In this document: in pieces, positions 48,101 to 55,722 of the stretch | How the letters are laid out: each line of letters starts with the position of its first letter | How positions within the stretch are numbered: the first letter of the stretch is position 1 | Source of the DNA: Bacteroidota bacterium | GTDB taxonomy: Bacteria; Bacteroidota; Bacteroidia; JACPRZ01 | NCBI GenBank assembly: GCA_016193485.1 | Contig: JACPRZ010000063.1 | Span: 128,156-192,155, forward strand | Length of the DNA: 64,000 nucleotides | Direction: 5' to 3' | Notes under the pieces: model-generated | What the model saw: only the letters and a program-made list of their open reading frames with translations | What the model was told of the DNA's origin: nothing | The model's database searches: none | Translations under genes and position numbers: made by a program

Positions 48101-49346
48101 TGCATTAACTCCTATGGCAATCGGTTACGAAATCGGTGGCGAAGCAAATGTTCCGCTTGCAAGAGCAATCATTGGCGGAGTGCTGATGGCGACATTGCTT
48201 TCACTTTTTGTAGTTCCAATTTTATTTTATCTGTTAAACAAAAAATCTCAAAACAAAATGAAACTCAATCAAACATTAATCCCGATAGCTATCGGGATTC
48301 CGCTCGTGATGCTGCTTGCTTCCTGCGGAAATAAAAGAGAAGAACAACAAACTAAAACTGCAAGCAGAAATGTTCCGACAGTTTTGGTTGGCAATCCGCA
48401 AACACATCAATTCAATTCTTCCTTGCAAATCAGCGGGACAGCAAAACCAAATCAGCAGGTAAAATTATTTGCAATGACAAGCGGAATGTTACGGGAAATA
48501 AATGTTGACATCGGAGATTTTGTAAAACAGGGAGAAACACTTGCCACGCTTGATAATCCCGAACTCATACAGCAGAAAGCAAAAGCCGAAGCCGATTTGA
48601 ACGGAAAGAAATCTATCTACGACAGATTAAAAAGCGTGTATGACAAAACTCCGCAACTCACCACTATTGCAGAAGTGGAAAAAGCACAGGCAGAATTTGA
48701 AAGTGCGAAAGCAATATTGAGCGGTTTGCAATCGCAAATAAATTTCCTGCAAATACAATCACCGTTTTCAGGAGTAATTGTCAATCGTTTTTTTGACAAA
48801 GGAGCAACCATTCAGAGCGGGTTAAATAATTCCAACGCAATGCCTCTTTTTGAAATTCAGGATTTACAACCGATAAGATTGACTATTGATATTCCCGAAA
48901 CAGACGCAGTTCTCATTGACAAAAATACAAAAACAGAAATTACATTTCCTGAATTGCCCAATGGAAAATACACGGCAGCAGTTTCACGCATTGCTTATGG
49001 ATTGGATGAAAACACAAAAACAATGAAGGTGGAAATTGATTTACCGAATACAGATTTAAAAATTCGTTCAGGAATGTATGCGAAAGTTGAAATAAAACGG
49101 AGCGGACATAAAGATGTCTTGTCCGTTCCGAATGAAGCAATCGGAAATGTGAAAGGGCAATCGTTTATCTATGTAGTGAATGATGGAAAAGTGAAAAAAA
49201 TAGAAGTAAAAGCAGGAATACGAGATGATAAATTTTCCGAATTGCTGAATGTAGAAATAAAATCCACCGACAAAATTGTAGTGCAGGGTAAAGAATTTTG
49301 TAGTGATGGAGCAACCGTTCAAACAAAAGAATTAATCACTAAATAA
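45114..49346 (+). CDS. RND efflux permease (AcrB/CzcA superfamily, ~1045 aa) fused in-frame to a periplasmic adaptor subunit (MFP/HlyD-like, ~360 aa)
   Basis: N-terminal KLPVDILPNYK...YPGMPAEVME and 12-TM RND architecture. Three codons after the RND C-terminus (...YLLNKKSQNK), the frame continues through MKLNQTLIPIAIGIPLVMLLASCGNK (a lipoprotein signal) into a lipoyl/beta-barrel adaptor, with no stop codon. Confidence 0.75.
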   Translation: MLELAFKNKYLIIVAALLVAVISIVSIQKLPVDILPNYKTSAVQVLTLYPGMPAEVMEKDITSRIERWTGQSNGIEHQESKSLIGVSIVKDFFREEIDPNTSLSQVTSLAMSDLYYLPPGTVPPMVMPFDPTATTPLALLAVSSDSLSEKELYDIAYFQLRNLLGSVQGIIAPAVYGGKLRRIYMYVYPDKLQAYNLSQIDVMEAVQKNNVMIPTGDVNIGNMNYSVNANGMLPKVEDFNNIVIKMGRDARLPDGQGSPIFLKDIGYAKDASAIQTNMVHINGKRQVYIPIYKRTGANTIASVEAVKNKLAELKERLPKAINLDVILDQSTYVRNSINGLLKEGTLGLILVSLALFLFLGNFRSTFIVALSIPLSVMFAFIGLFFTGDTINSMTLGGIALAIGLLVDDSIVVLENIDKHLKQGKTSAQAAFDGAKEVAMPVLVTTITICIVFFPIIFLTGISKYLFTPLAIVVSFAMIGSRIFSMTLVPIAAAAFFKGHSNENKPESLPAGRQGFLGMFDRGVTNLTNRYALMMDKVIKFRWVILISVALLFIISIFGFRKIGTELFPKMDVGQISIDVRMESGTRIEKSEKTITEIEKFLQKEIGNDLNIIISNMGVLNDWPAAYTSNSGTQDATIAVQLKEGYKIKTADYVKKLRPKLKEQFPGVQFIFNTGGIVTTALNFGLPSPIDIQITGNDLHKSHEIAVKVRDIVQNIKGTEDVRIHQRYDHPEIKVDIDRTKAAQLGINADDVVKNTVSALNSSVNFKPSFWIDEKNGNHYFVGVTYPEIELDNPQSVENISLTGTNGKTTFLKNIAKTSLSSAPIEINHLNIQRVTDVFANVEERDIGSVAKEIENKLETLKKDLPEGYKIEMRGEIKSMKDSFGNLGLGLILAVLMVYLVIVPLLRSFKLPLIIITVIPLGLIGVTGMLLATNTYLNIQSMMGIIMMVGITVAYSNLLVDKMNNLLKAGKNLEDAIKEGVANRFRPIIMTAIVAVLALTPMAIGYEIGGEANVPLARAIIGGVLMATLLSLFVVPILFYLLNKKSQNKMKLNQTLIPIAIGIPLVMLLASCGNKREEQQTKTASRNVPTVLVGNPQTHQFNSSLQISGTAKPNQQVKLFAMTSGMLREINVDIGDFVKQGETLATLDNPELIQQKAKAEADLNGKKSIYDRLKSVYDKTPQLTTIAEVEKAQAEFESAKAILSGLQSQINFLQIQSPFSGVIVNRFFDKGATIQSGLNNSNAMPLFEIQDLQPIRLTIDIPETDAVLIDKNTKTEITFPELPNGKYTAAVSRIAYGLDENTKTMKVEIDLPNTDLKIRSGMYAKVEIKRSGHKDVLSVPNEAIGNVKGQSFIYVVNDGKVKKIEVKAGIRDDKFSELLNVEIKSTDKIVVQGKEFCSDGATVQTKELITK
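48281..48296. repeat. Perfect 16-bp palindrome CCCGATAGCTATCGGG inside the adaptor signal-peptide coding region
   Basis: It encodes IPIAIGI. It belongs to the same motif family as 10283, 12872, 12918 and 54143. Confidence 0.8.
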
Positions 49347-49358
49347 AAGGAACAGAAA

Positions 49359-50684
49359 ATGAAAAATAATTTCAGAAAAATTGTTGCCTCAATTTTATTG
49401 GTGAGTGCAATGTTCACCGCAAATGCACAATCCCCCTCCCCTTCGGGGAGGGATGGGGTGGGGCTTGTAAATCTTGAAACGGTTTTAAAATTAGCAGGAG
49501 CGAATAATTTAACCATTCAGGAATACCAGTTGAAATACCAACATGCATTAGCCGAACAAAGCAAAGCCAAAGAATGGTATCTGCCGAATATTTATTTCGG
49601 TGCAAGCACGCATTATCTGAATGGCGCAGCAATGAATACCGATGGGCAAATATTTACTGATGTGAACAGAAACAATCTCTGGACAGGGTTGGGTATCGGA
49701 GCGGAAATAGATTTTAGTAAAGGATTTTATTCTTCGCTTGCTGCAAAACAAAAAGCCAAAGCAATGCAATATCAAAGCACGACAGAAAAAAATAAAATGA
49801 TTTTACAAACGGTGCAGACCTATTTTGATTTGCAGGTAGAACAATTAAAATATTTTTTCTTGCAGCAATTAGTTAATCAATCCAACACGATTTCACAGCA
49901 AATAAAAATAAAAGTGGACGCAGGATTGCTATATCAATCCGATTATCTGCTCTCGCAAAGCAATTATAATCATTTGAAAATTTCAATGCTCCAAACAAAA
50001 ATAGAATGGCAGAAGAAATCCGCTGAACTTGTCAATCTTCTGAATTTAGAAAACAATATTAGTTTGGTAAGTGGCGACACTACTTTAATTCCGCTAAAAC
50101 TCATTGAGCAAAAAAATGACACGGCAACTTATAAAAACGGTTTTGAAAAACGAGCGGAATATTTAGGATTAAGTTCCGAACTCCAATCTTTTCAAACACT
50201 TCGCAAGACAGCCAATCAGGGTTTGTTATTGCCAAAGTTGAGAGCGGGTTTTGACAATGGAGCGTTCGGTGCATACACCACACCGCTTTACAACACCTAT
50301 CAATTCAACGCTTCGCTTGTTTGGAATTTGCCATTGGGAAGATTTACTTATAAAGGCGATTTGAAAAAATACGACACGCAAATTCTCATTCAGCAAAACG
50401 AAATAGAACAATTTAAAAATCAATTCCAGCAGGAAATTTCTATTGCCAATTCTCAACTTCAAATTGCCCAAGAACAAATGACTATTGCGAAACATGCTTT
50501 GCAATCATCCACCGAAGCATTGAACCAAAGCATAGAAAGGCAAAAGTTAGGAACGGCAAAACCTTTTGAAGTTTTTCAGATACAACAGTTTTTCTTGCAG
50601 GCACAAACCGATTATGTGAAAACGGTGATTGATTATAACAAGGTGCAATATGCTTTATGGGTTGCACTGGGAAATATGTTATAA
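49359..50684 (+). CDS. TolC-family outer-membrane efflux protein
   Basis: 441 aa with a signal peptide and two tandem OEP repeats. Residues SPSPSGRDGVG just after the signal are encoded by the GC-rich hairpin at 49431..49463. Confidence 0.75.
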   Translation: MKNNFRKIVASILLVSAMFTANAQSPSPSGRDGVGLVNLETVLKLAGANNLTIQEYQLKYQHALAEQSKAKEWYLPNIYFGASTHYLNGAAMNTDGQIFTDVNRNNLWTGLGIGAEIDFSKGFYSSLAAKQKAKAMQYQSTTEKNKMILQTVQTYFDLQVEQLKYFFLQQLVNQSNTISQQIKIKVDAGLLYQSDYLLSQSNYNHLKISMLQTKIEWQKKSAELVNLLNLENNISLVSGDTTLIPLKLIEQKNDTATYKNGFEKRAEYLGLSSELQSFQTLRKTANQGLLLPKLRAGFDNGAFGAYTTPLYNTYQFNASLVWNLPLGRFTYKGDLKKYDTQILIQQNEIEQFKNQFQQEISIANSQLQIAQEQMTIAKHALQSSTEALNQSIERQKLGTAKPFEVFQIQQFFLQAQTDYVKTVIDYNKVQYALWVALGNML

Positions 50685-50689
50685 GTGTA

Positions 50690-50880
50690 TTTATCCGTTT
50701 CACTATTTCTCCTTTTCCCTTCTGTTTATACACGGTATTCATCTCTTTACGTCCTACTATTCTCCCCATATCTGTTTCCCAGTATATTATGCCGCCACTC
50801 ATACCCCCTGTTTCACGTGAAACATTCCCCCTTCAACCCCTTGTCACCCCGTCCCCTGTCCTTCCTATCTTTGCCCCACC
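50690..50880. repeat. ~190-bp polypyrimidine (C/T-rich, G-poor) tract containing the perfect palindrome GTTTCACGTGAAAC
   Basis: The plus strand is almost devoid of G. The palindrome lies at ~50803..50816, directly upstream of uvrC. Confidence 0.75.
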
Positions 50881-52668
50881 ATGCTCTCCCTGCTGAAAAT
50901 AACCCTTTCCAACCTTCCTGACGACCCGGGAGTTTACCGCTTTCTTGATTCCAGCGGGATAATCCTTTATATAGGTAAAGCAAAAAACCTAAAAAAACGG
51001 GTTCTCTCCTATTTTACCAAAACCCATACGAACGGAAAAATCGCCTTCATGGTAAAAAGGACTACAGATGTTCAATACATAATCGTCAACACCGAACAGG
51101 ATGCTTTGCTCCTGGAAAATACCCTGATAAAAAAACACAAGCCAAGGTATAATGTGGCGCTTAAAGATGATAAGACGTATCCGTGGATTTGTATAAAAAA
51201 AGAACCGTTTCCAAGGGTCTTTGTTACGCGCAGAATTATCAGGGACGGTTCTTTCTATGCCGGTCCATTTACCTCTCATAATATAATGTACGCCCTGCTG
51301 GACATGATAAATAAGGTTTTTAAGCCCAGAACCTGTAATTACAATCTTTCAGATGTTAATATCAGGGCAAATAAATTCAGGGTTTGTCTTGAATATCATA
51401 TCGGGAATTGTTTTGGACCCTGTGATGGCCACCAGGGAAAGAATGAGTATGATGGGAATATGGAAAGAATAAAAGAAATTTTGAAAGGCGATACCGGTTC
51501 CGCAAAAGATACCCTGAAGAAGCAGATGAATTTTTTTGCGGAACAATTGCGTTTTGAAGAGGCGGAGAAAGTAAAAAAGCAGATTGAGTGCATCGAAAAA
51601 CATCAGAGGAAATCAACCGTAGTCAACCCTCGGCTGACAAACCTGGATGTTATCTCAATCGTGACCGATGAAAAAACAGGATACGTGAATTATCTCCGCA
51701 TTCTGAATGGTACAATAATCCAATCGCACAACCTTGAAATTAAAAAGAAACTGGATGAAACACCCGGACAACTTCTTGAAATTACTTTGACTGAATGCCG
51801 GCAACTTTTTAAGAGCGAATCGGCCGAAGTAATAGTTCCTTTAATACCTGATTTTCAGCAAAATAATCTGATCTTCACACTTCCCGTCAGGGGTGATAAA
51901 AAGAAATTACTTCTGATGTCGGAACGCAATGCGCAGCATTTCCGCCTTCTGCAATTGAGAAAATCGGTTTCAGGCAACTTATCACCAATGGGTAAAAAAC
52001 TTGTTACCAGTGTAATGGCTGATTTGCACCTGCCGGCACTTCCATTGCACATTGAATGTTTTGATAATTCGAATATCCAGGGCGACTTCCCGGTCTCTGC
52101 ATGTGTGGTTTTTAAAAACGGAGTCCCCTCAAAAAAGGATTACCGGCTTTTCAACCTCAAAACAGTTTCAGGTCCTGATGATTTCAGTTCAATGTATGAG
52201 GTTGTTTACCGGAGGTATAAACGGCTGACCGAAGAAAAACAGCCGCTTCCGCAATTGGTTGTTATTGATGGCGGAAAGGGGCAATTGAATGCTGCGGCTG
52301 AAGCGCTGGAAAAACTTTCTATCGGATCCAAAATTAAAATTATTGCTCTTGCTAAACGGATGGAAGAAATTTTCCTTCACCGGAAACAGGAACCGCTGTT
52401 GATAAATAAAAATTCCGATACGCTGAAATTACTGCAGCATCTGCGCGATGAAGCTCACCGCTTCGGAATAAAACACCACCGGGGCAGGAGAATTCGTGAA
52501 ACCGTCCGGTCAGAATTGATGAATATTAAAGGAGTGGGGGAGAAGAGCGTGAAAATTTTATTGACAAAGTTCGGTTCGGTAGAACAAATCAGGAAATGTT
52601 CGGCAGATGATCTGATTCCCCTGTTAGGAAAAAGCAAAGCGGGGAAAATATCAGCGTTTTTCAGGTAG
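50881..52668 (+). CDS. uvrC: excinuclease ABC subunit C
   Basis: 595 aa. N-terminal GIY-YIG domain (PGVYRFLDSSGIILYIGKAKNLKKR), a UvrB-binding region, an RNase-H-like endonuclease domain and a C-terminal HhH domain. Confidence 0.9.
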   Translation: MLSLLKITLSNLPDDPGVYRFLDSSGIILYIGKAKNLKKRVLSYFTKTHTNGKIAFMVKRTTDVQYIIVNTEQDALLLENTLIKKHKPRYNVALKDDKTYPWICIKKEPFPRVFVTRRIIRDGSFYAGPFTSHNIMYALLDMINKVFKPRTCNYNLSDVNIRANKFRVCLEYHIGNCFGPCDGHQGKNEYDGNMERIKEILKGDTGSAKDTLKKQMNFFAEQLRFEEAEKVKKQIECIEKHQRKSTVVNPRLTNLDVISIVTDEKTGYVNYLRILNGTIIQSHNLEIKKKLDETPGQLLEITLTECRQLFKSESAEVIVPLIPDFQQNNLIFTLPVRGDKKKLLLMSERNAQHFRLLQLRKSVSGNLSPMGKKLVTSVMADLHLPALPLHIECFDNSNIQGDFPVSACVVFKNGVPSKKDYRLFNLKTVSGPDDFSSMYEVVYRRYKRLTEEKQPLPQLVVIDGGKGQLNAAAEALEKLSIGSKIKIIALAKRMEEIFLHRKQEPLLINKNSDTLKLLQHLRDEAHRFGIKHHRGRRIRETVRSELMNIKGVGEKSVKILLTKFGSVEQIRKCSADDLIPLLGKSKAGKISAFFR

Positions 52669-52756
52669 CGGGTGGTAGAATTTATTCCAGGTGATGCCCC
52701 AATCTTCCAACCTTCCACAATTCCATCTTTCCTTTTCTTTACGATAACCATCCCCG

Positions 52757-53143
52757 TTATCGCTCCACGCTCTTCTTCTCCAGCAGTTCATTTATCCTCT
52801 TCACCATCTCATATTTTTCCTGGAGGTCGGTAATTTGCTGCTGAAGGAATTTCACTTTTTGTTCGAGGGCGGTAATTTTCTGCTCGGCCGACAGGTATTG
52901 CTTTTTGCCGTATGAAGGAGTTGGTTCTGTAAACTGGGGTAGTTTCTGATCGCGGTAATAGCAGAAAAAATCAAACTCAAGCGCTTTTGAAATTTTGCGC
53001 AGGAGGTCAGTATCCAGGGACCTGCGTTTGAAAATACCATAAACATTCTGTTTAGAGGTATTGATACTCCTCGCAAGTTCAGTGGGGCCGATGCGCAATT
53101 CCCTGGCGCGTTCCCTGATTTTTTCACCGATATGGAGAGCCAT
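52757..53143 (-). CDS. XRE-family helix-turn-helix protein with a C-terminal coiled coil
   Basis: ELRIGPTELARSINTSKQNVYGIFKRRS HTH motif. The C-terminal heptad segment reads QKITALEQKVKFLQQQITDLQEKYEM. Confidence 0.6.
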   Translation of the reverse strand: MALHIGEKIRERARELRIGPTELARSINTSKQNVYGIFKRRSLDTDLLRKISKALEFDFFCYYRDQKLPQFTEPTPSYGKKQYLSAEQKITALEQKVKFLQQQITDLQEKYEMVKRINELLEKKSVER

Positions 53144-53385
53144 GGTACAAATATCTGCATACGGCAATACACAATCAAATGTACATATTACTATTTATTA
53201 TTTACAACAGTCATTATATTATTGCCTAATTGCCCTAAATATATTTACTTTGCAGGATTATTTACGAAATACGAACCGCATACGAATAAAGAATTTCTAA
53301 AATGTTCGGATTATTTTTCCCCGCATTTGGCGGGGCAGATAGACGCGGAAATATTTTAACTATTCTTCACTCTTGACAAGTCACC

Positions 53386-54099
53386 ATGAAAAAAGAACGG
53401 TTCACAAACAAACCGCAAAATAAATCCGGTGAACATTTCATTGACCTGGTCGCCCATGACATACGCGGAATAATTACAAAGATAGACCGCATAAGCGAAC
53501 TTTTATCCGGAAAACTTCAAACAACTGGCGACAGGGAAGTATCCCTCATGTTATCCTATCTGAAAACCCTGTGCCGGCAGGGAAATAATATCACAAATGA
53601 CCTGATAGTCAGTTGTGAACTTGAATCTGGCGCTGCTGTCATTGGCAATGAACAATCCATTCCGCTGAACAAAATTATTAAAGAGCAGGCAAAGATATAC
53701 CGGCTATTGGCGGTAGAAAAAAATATTCTCCTAAGCATATCCGTTCCGCGGAAAAATATTTATTGCAACATAGACGGGTGTAAATTCATTCGGATTATTG
53801 ATAACCTTTTTTCAAATGCGTTGAAATTTACTGGCCGGAACGGACATATAACAATTACTGTTTCTGCAAAGGGAACAAACCTTACTGTTGCAGTCGGTGA
53901 TTCCGGCATAGGGATACCGGCCGGACTTCAGCCGGAAATTTTCAATAAATATACAAAGGCAAGACGTTATGGTACCGAAAATGAAAGTTGTACCGGTCTC
54001 GGACTTTACATTGTGAAGAAAATTGTTGAAATGTATGGAGGGAAAATTTGGTTTGAAAGCAAAGAGAATAAGGGGACGACATTTTATGTGGTGATATAA
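53386..54099 (+). CDS. soluble sensor histidine kinase (HisKA + HATPase_c, no TM segments)
   Basis: H-box LVAHDIRGIIT, an N-box (DNLFSNALKF) and G-boxes (GDSGIGIP, GLGLYIVKKIVEMYGG). Confidence 0.8.
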   Translation: MKKERFTNKPQNKSGEHFIDLVAHDIRGIITKIDRISELLSGKLQTTGDREVSLMLSYLKTLCRQGNNITNDLIVSCELESGAAVIGNEQSIPLNKIIKEQAKIYRLLAVEKNILLSISVPRKNIYCNIDGCKFIRIIDNLFSNALKFTGRNGHITITVSAKGTNLTVAVGDSGIGIPAGLQPEIFNKYTKARRYGTENESCTGLGLYIVKKIVEMYGGKIWFESKENKGTTFYVVI

Positions 54100-54142
54100 G
54101 AAGGAAATTGGAAAGAAAAGAGAAAAATAATAGGAATTCAGT

Positions 54143-54159
54143 CCCGATAATTATCGGAA
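54143..54159. repeat. Palindrome TCCCGATAATTATCGGA, another copy of the dispersed CCGATA..TATCGG motif
   Basis: Near-perfect 17-bp inverted repeat in an intergenic region. Confidence 0.75.
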
Positions 54160-54406
54160 TTCAATTGGCATTAACAGGCATTGATTGTAAACGCAAATAG
54201 ACGCATAAACAGTGGCATATGCTGTTTTTTAGGGCACTTTTAAAAACATAATTGTTCATTTTGAAAAATATATTACCAGAACACAAAAAACATTCATCAT
54301 TCCCGGTGATAAACGCTCTCAAATGGATTCCCCTTTGAAGTATTATTCCCTTTTTGGCCGGATTATACCGGAGATTCAGTGAATAGAAGAGAACCCGATT
54401 CTGTTT

Positions 54407-54646
54407 CTACACGGTAAGACCGCAATGTTTGCAAAATTTCGCATCTTCCTTAATAATTTCGGCACAGTGGGGGCATTTTTTTGTATATCCCCTCGATACC
54501 ATCGGTGGAAGCAGAATTATAGCAATAATAACCAACGGAACCATGGCACATAATATAAACCACAATACAGGGCTACGCCCTTTTTGCTTCGCTAATATGC
54601 TACCTACAATTCCAGCAATTAAGATCAGAATAATGTACCTGATCAT
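54407..54646 (-). CDS. small membrane protein with a C-terminal zinc ribbon
   Basis: 79 aa with two predicted TM helices followed by CPHC...CKHC. Confidence 0.5.
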   Translation of the reverse strand: MIRYIILILIAGIVGSILAKQKGRSPVLWFILCAMVPLVIIAIILLPPMVSRGYTKKCPHCAEIIKEDAKFCKHCGLTV

Positions 54647-54716
54647 TGAAGTACTTTATTGCAATTTTTGTTACTATTCACCCCAAATTACAAATTATTA
54701 TTGGTCATTGCAATTT

Positions 54717-54804
54717 AACTCTGTGTAACTCAGTGTACTCTGTGCTCTCTGTGTTGAAGAATTTTTAACACAGAGTTCACTGAGATAACAGAGTTTCACA
54801 GAGG
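54717..54804. repeat. ~88-bp imperfect inverted repeat (long hairpin) downstream of the prohibitin gene
   Basis: aactctgtgtaactcagtgtactctgtgctctctgtgtt / gaagaattttt / aacacagagttcactgagataacagagtttcacagagg. Confidence 0.7.
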
Positions 54805-54825
54805 AGGTGAATAGTAACCAATTTT

Positions 54826-55671
54826 TTATTTTTTCTCCAGACCGCCAACGCCAATAAACGGCACAGCGCCATTCCCCGTTACCTGCGGGAGGATTCCGTT
54901 CCATTTCTCTATTGCCTTGAGATTCGCCTCAATTTTTCTCAATTCAATAAGGTCAGGTGAAATATTCATTTTCTGCAACCGCAACGCCTCTGCCTGTGCC
55001 GTTGCCTGTGCAATCGTCTGCTCCGCCTCAATTTTTATCCTTTCCAGGTCCCTTTTTGCCTTTAGTGCATGCTGTTCTGCCGTCTGCTTGGCTTCAATAG
55101 CATCCATAAATACCTTTGAGAAATTGAAATTGACAATTGAAAACGCATCCACGGCTATATTAGATTCCAGTAGCCGCGATGTAAGCGCTTCTTTTATTTC
55201 TGCGCTTACCGCTGGTCTCTTGGCTATAAGTTCTTCTGCAGAATACTTGGCTGACACCGCCTTCATTACCTCCTGTATGGCAGGATCAATAATGCGCTCC
55301 CTGAATTCCACACCGATGGTTTGATAGACAACATTTGCCTTATCAGGTATGATATGGTAATTAAGTGCAACCTTTAAAGCCACATCCTGCATGTCAGACG
55401 ATGCCGATGCGGCATCCGTCTCTGCCTTCTGAATCTTCACATCCATTATGACAACCTCCTGCATTATAGGAACTCTGAAATGCATTCCTTCATTCAATAC
55501 CTTATCCTGAACAGCGCCAAAATTGAGGACAATTCCTCTTTCACCCGCGCCAATCTGAACCCATGGCTTGAAAAGAAGTAAAGCCACCAGGATCGACCCG
55601 ATTATGAGTAAGTTCCTCCATGGGCCGCTTTTCATAGCCGACCGTAATGAATCCATATCCTGATTTGCCAT
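54826..55671 (-). CDS. SPFH/band-7 (prohibitin-like) membrane protein
   Basis: N-terminal TM segment, an SPFH domain and a coiled-coil C-terminus (AEQHALKAKRDLERIKIEAEQTIAQA). Confidence 0.85.
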   Translation of the reverse strand: MANQDMDSLRSAMKSGPWRNLLIIGSILVALLLFKPWVQIGAGERGIVLNFGAVQDKVLNEGMHFRVPIMQEVVIMDVKIQKAETDAASASSDMQDVALKVALNYHIIPDKANVVYQTIGVEFRERIIDPAIQEVMKAVSAKYSAEELIAKRPAVSAEIKEALTSRLLESNIAVDAFSIVNFNFSKVFMDAIEAKQTAEQHALKAKRDLERIKIEAEQTIAQATAQAEALRLQKMNISPDLIELRKIEANLKAIEKWNGILPQVTGNGAVPFIGVGGLEKK

Positions 55672-55722
55672 AGTATTTGTTTTTTAAATGGTTTAAAAAC
55701 CGGTTATTTTCAGTTAATTATA

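Noticed and set aside
50629-50921. Proline-rich ORFs (50629..50820, 50657..50896 and 50685..50921) upstream of uvrC.
   Set aside because: They are artefacts of translating the polypyrimidine tract. All three frames are open because G is nearly absent, and there is no coding periodicity.
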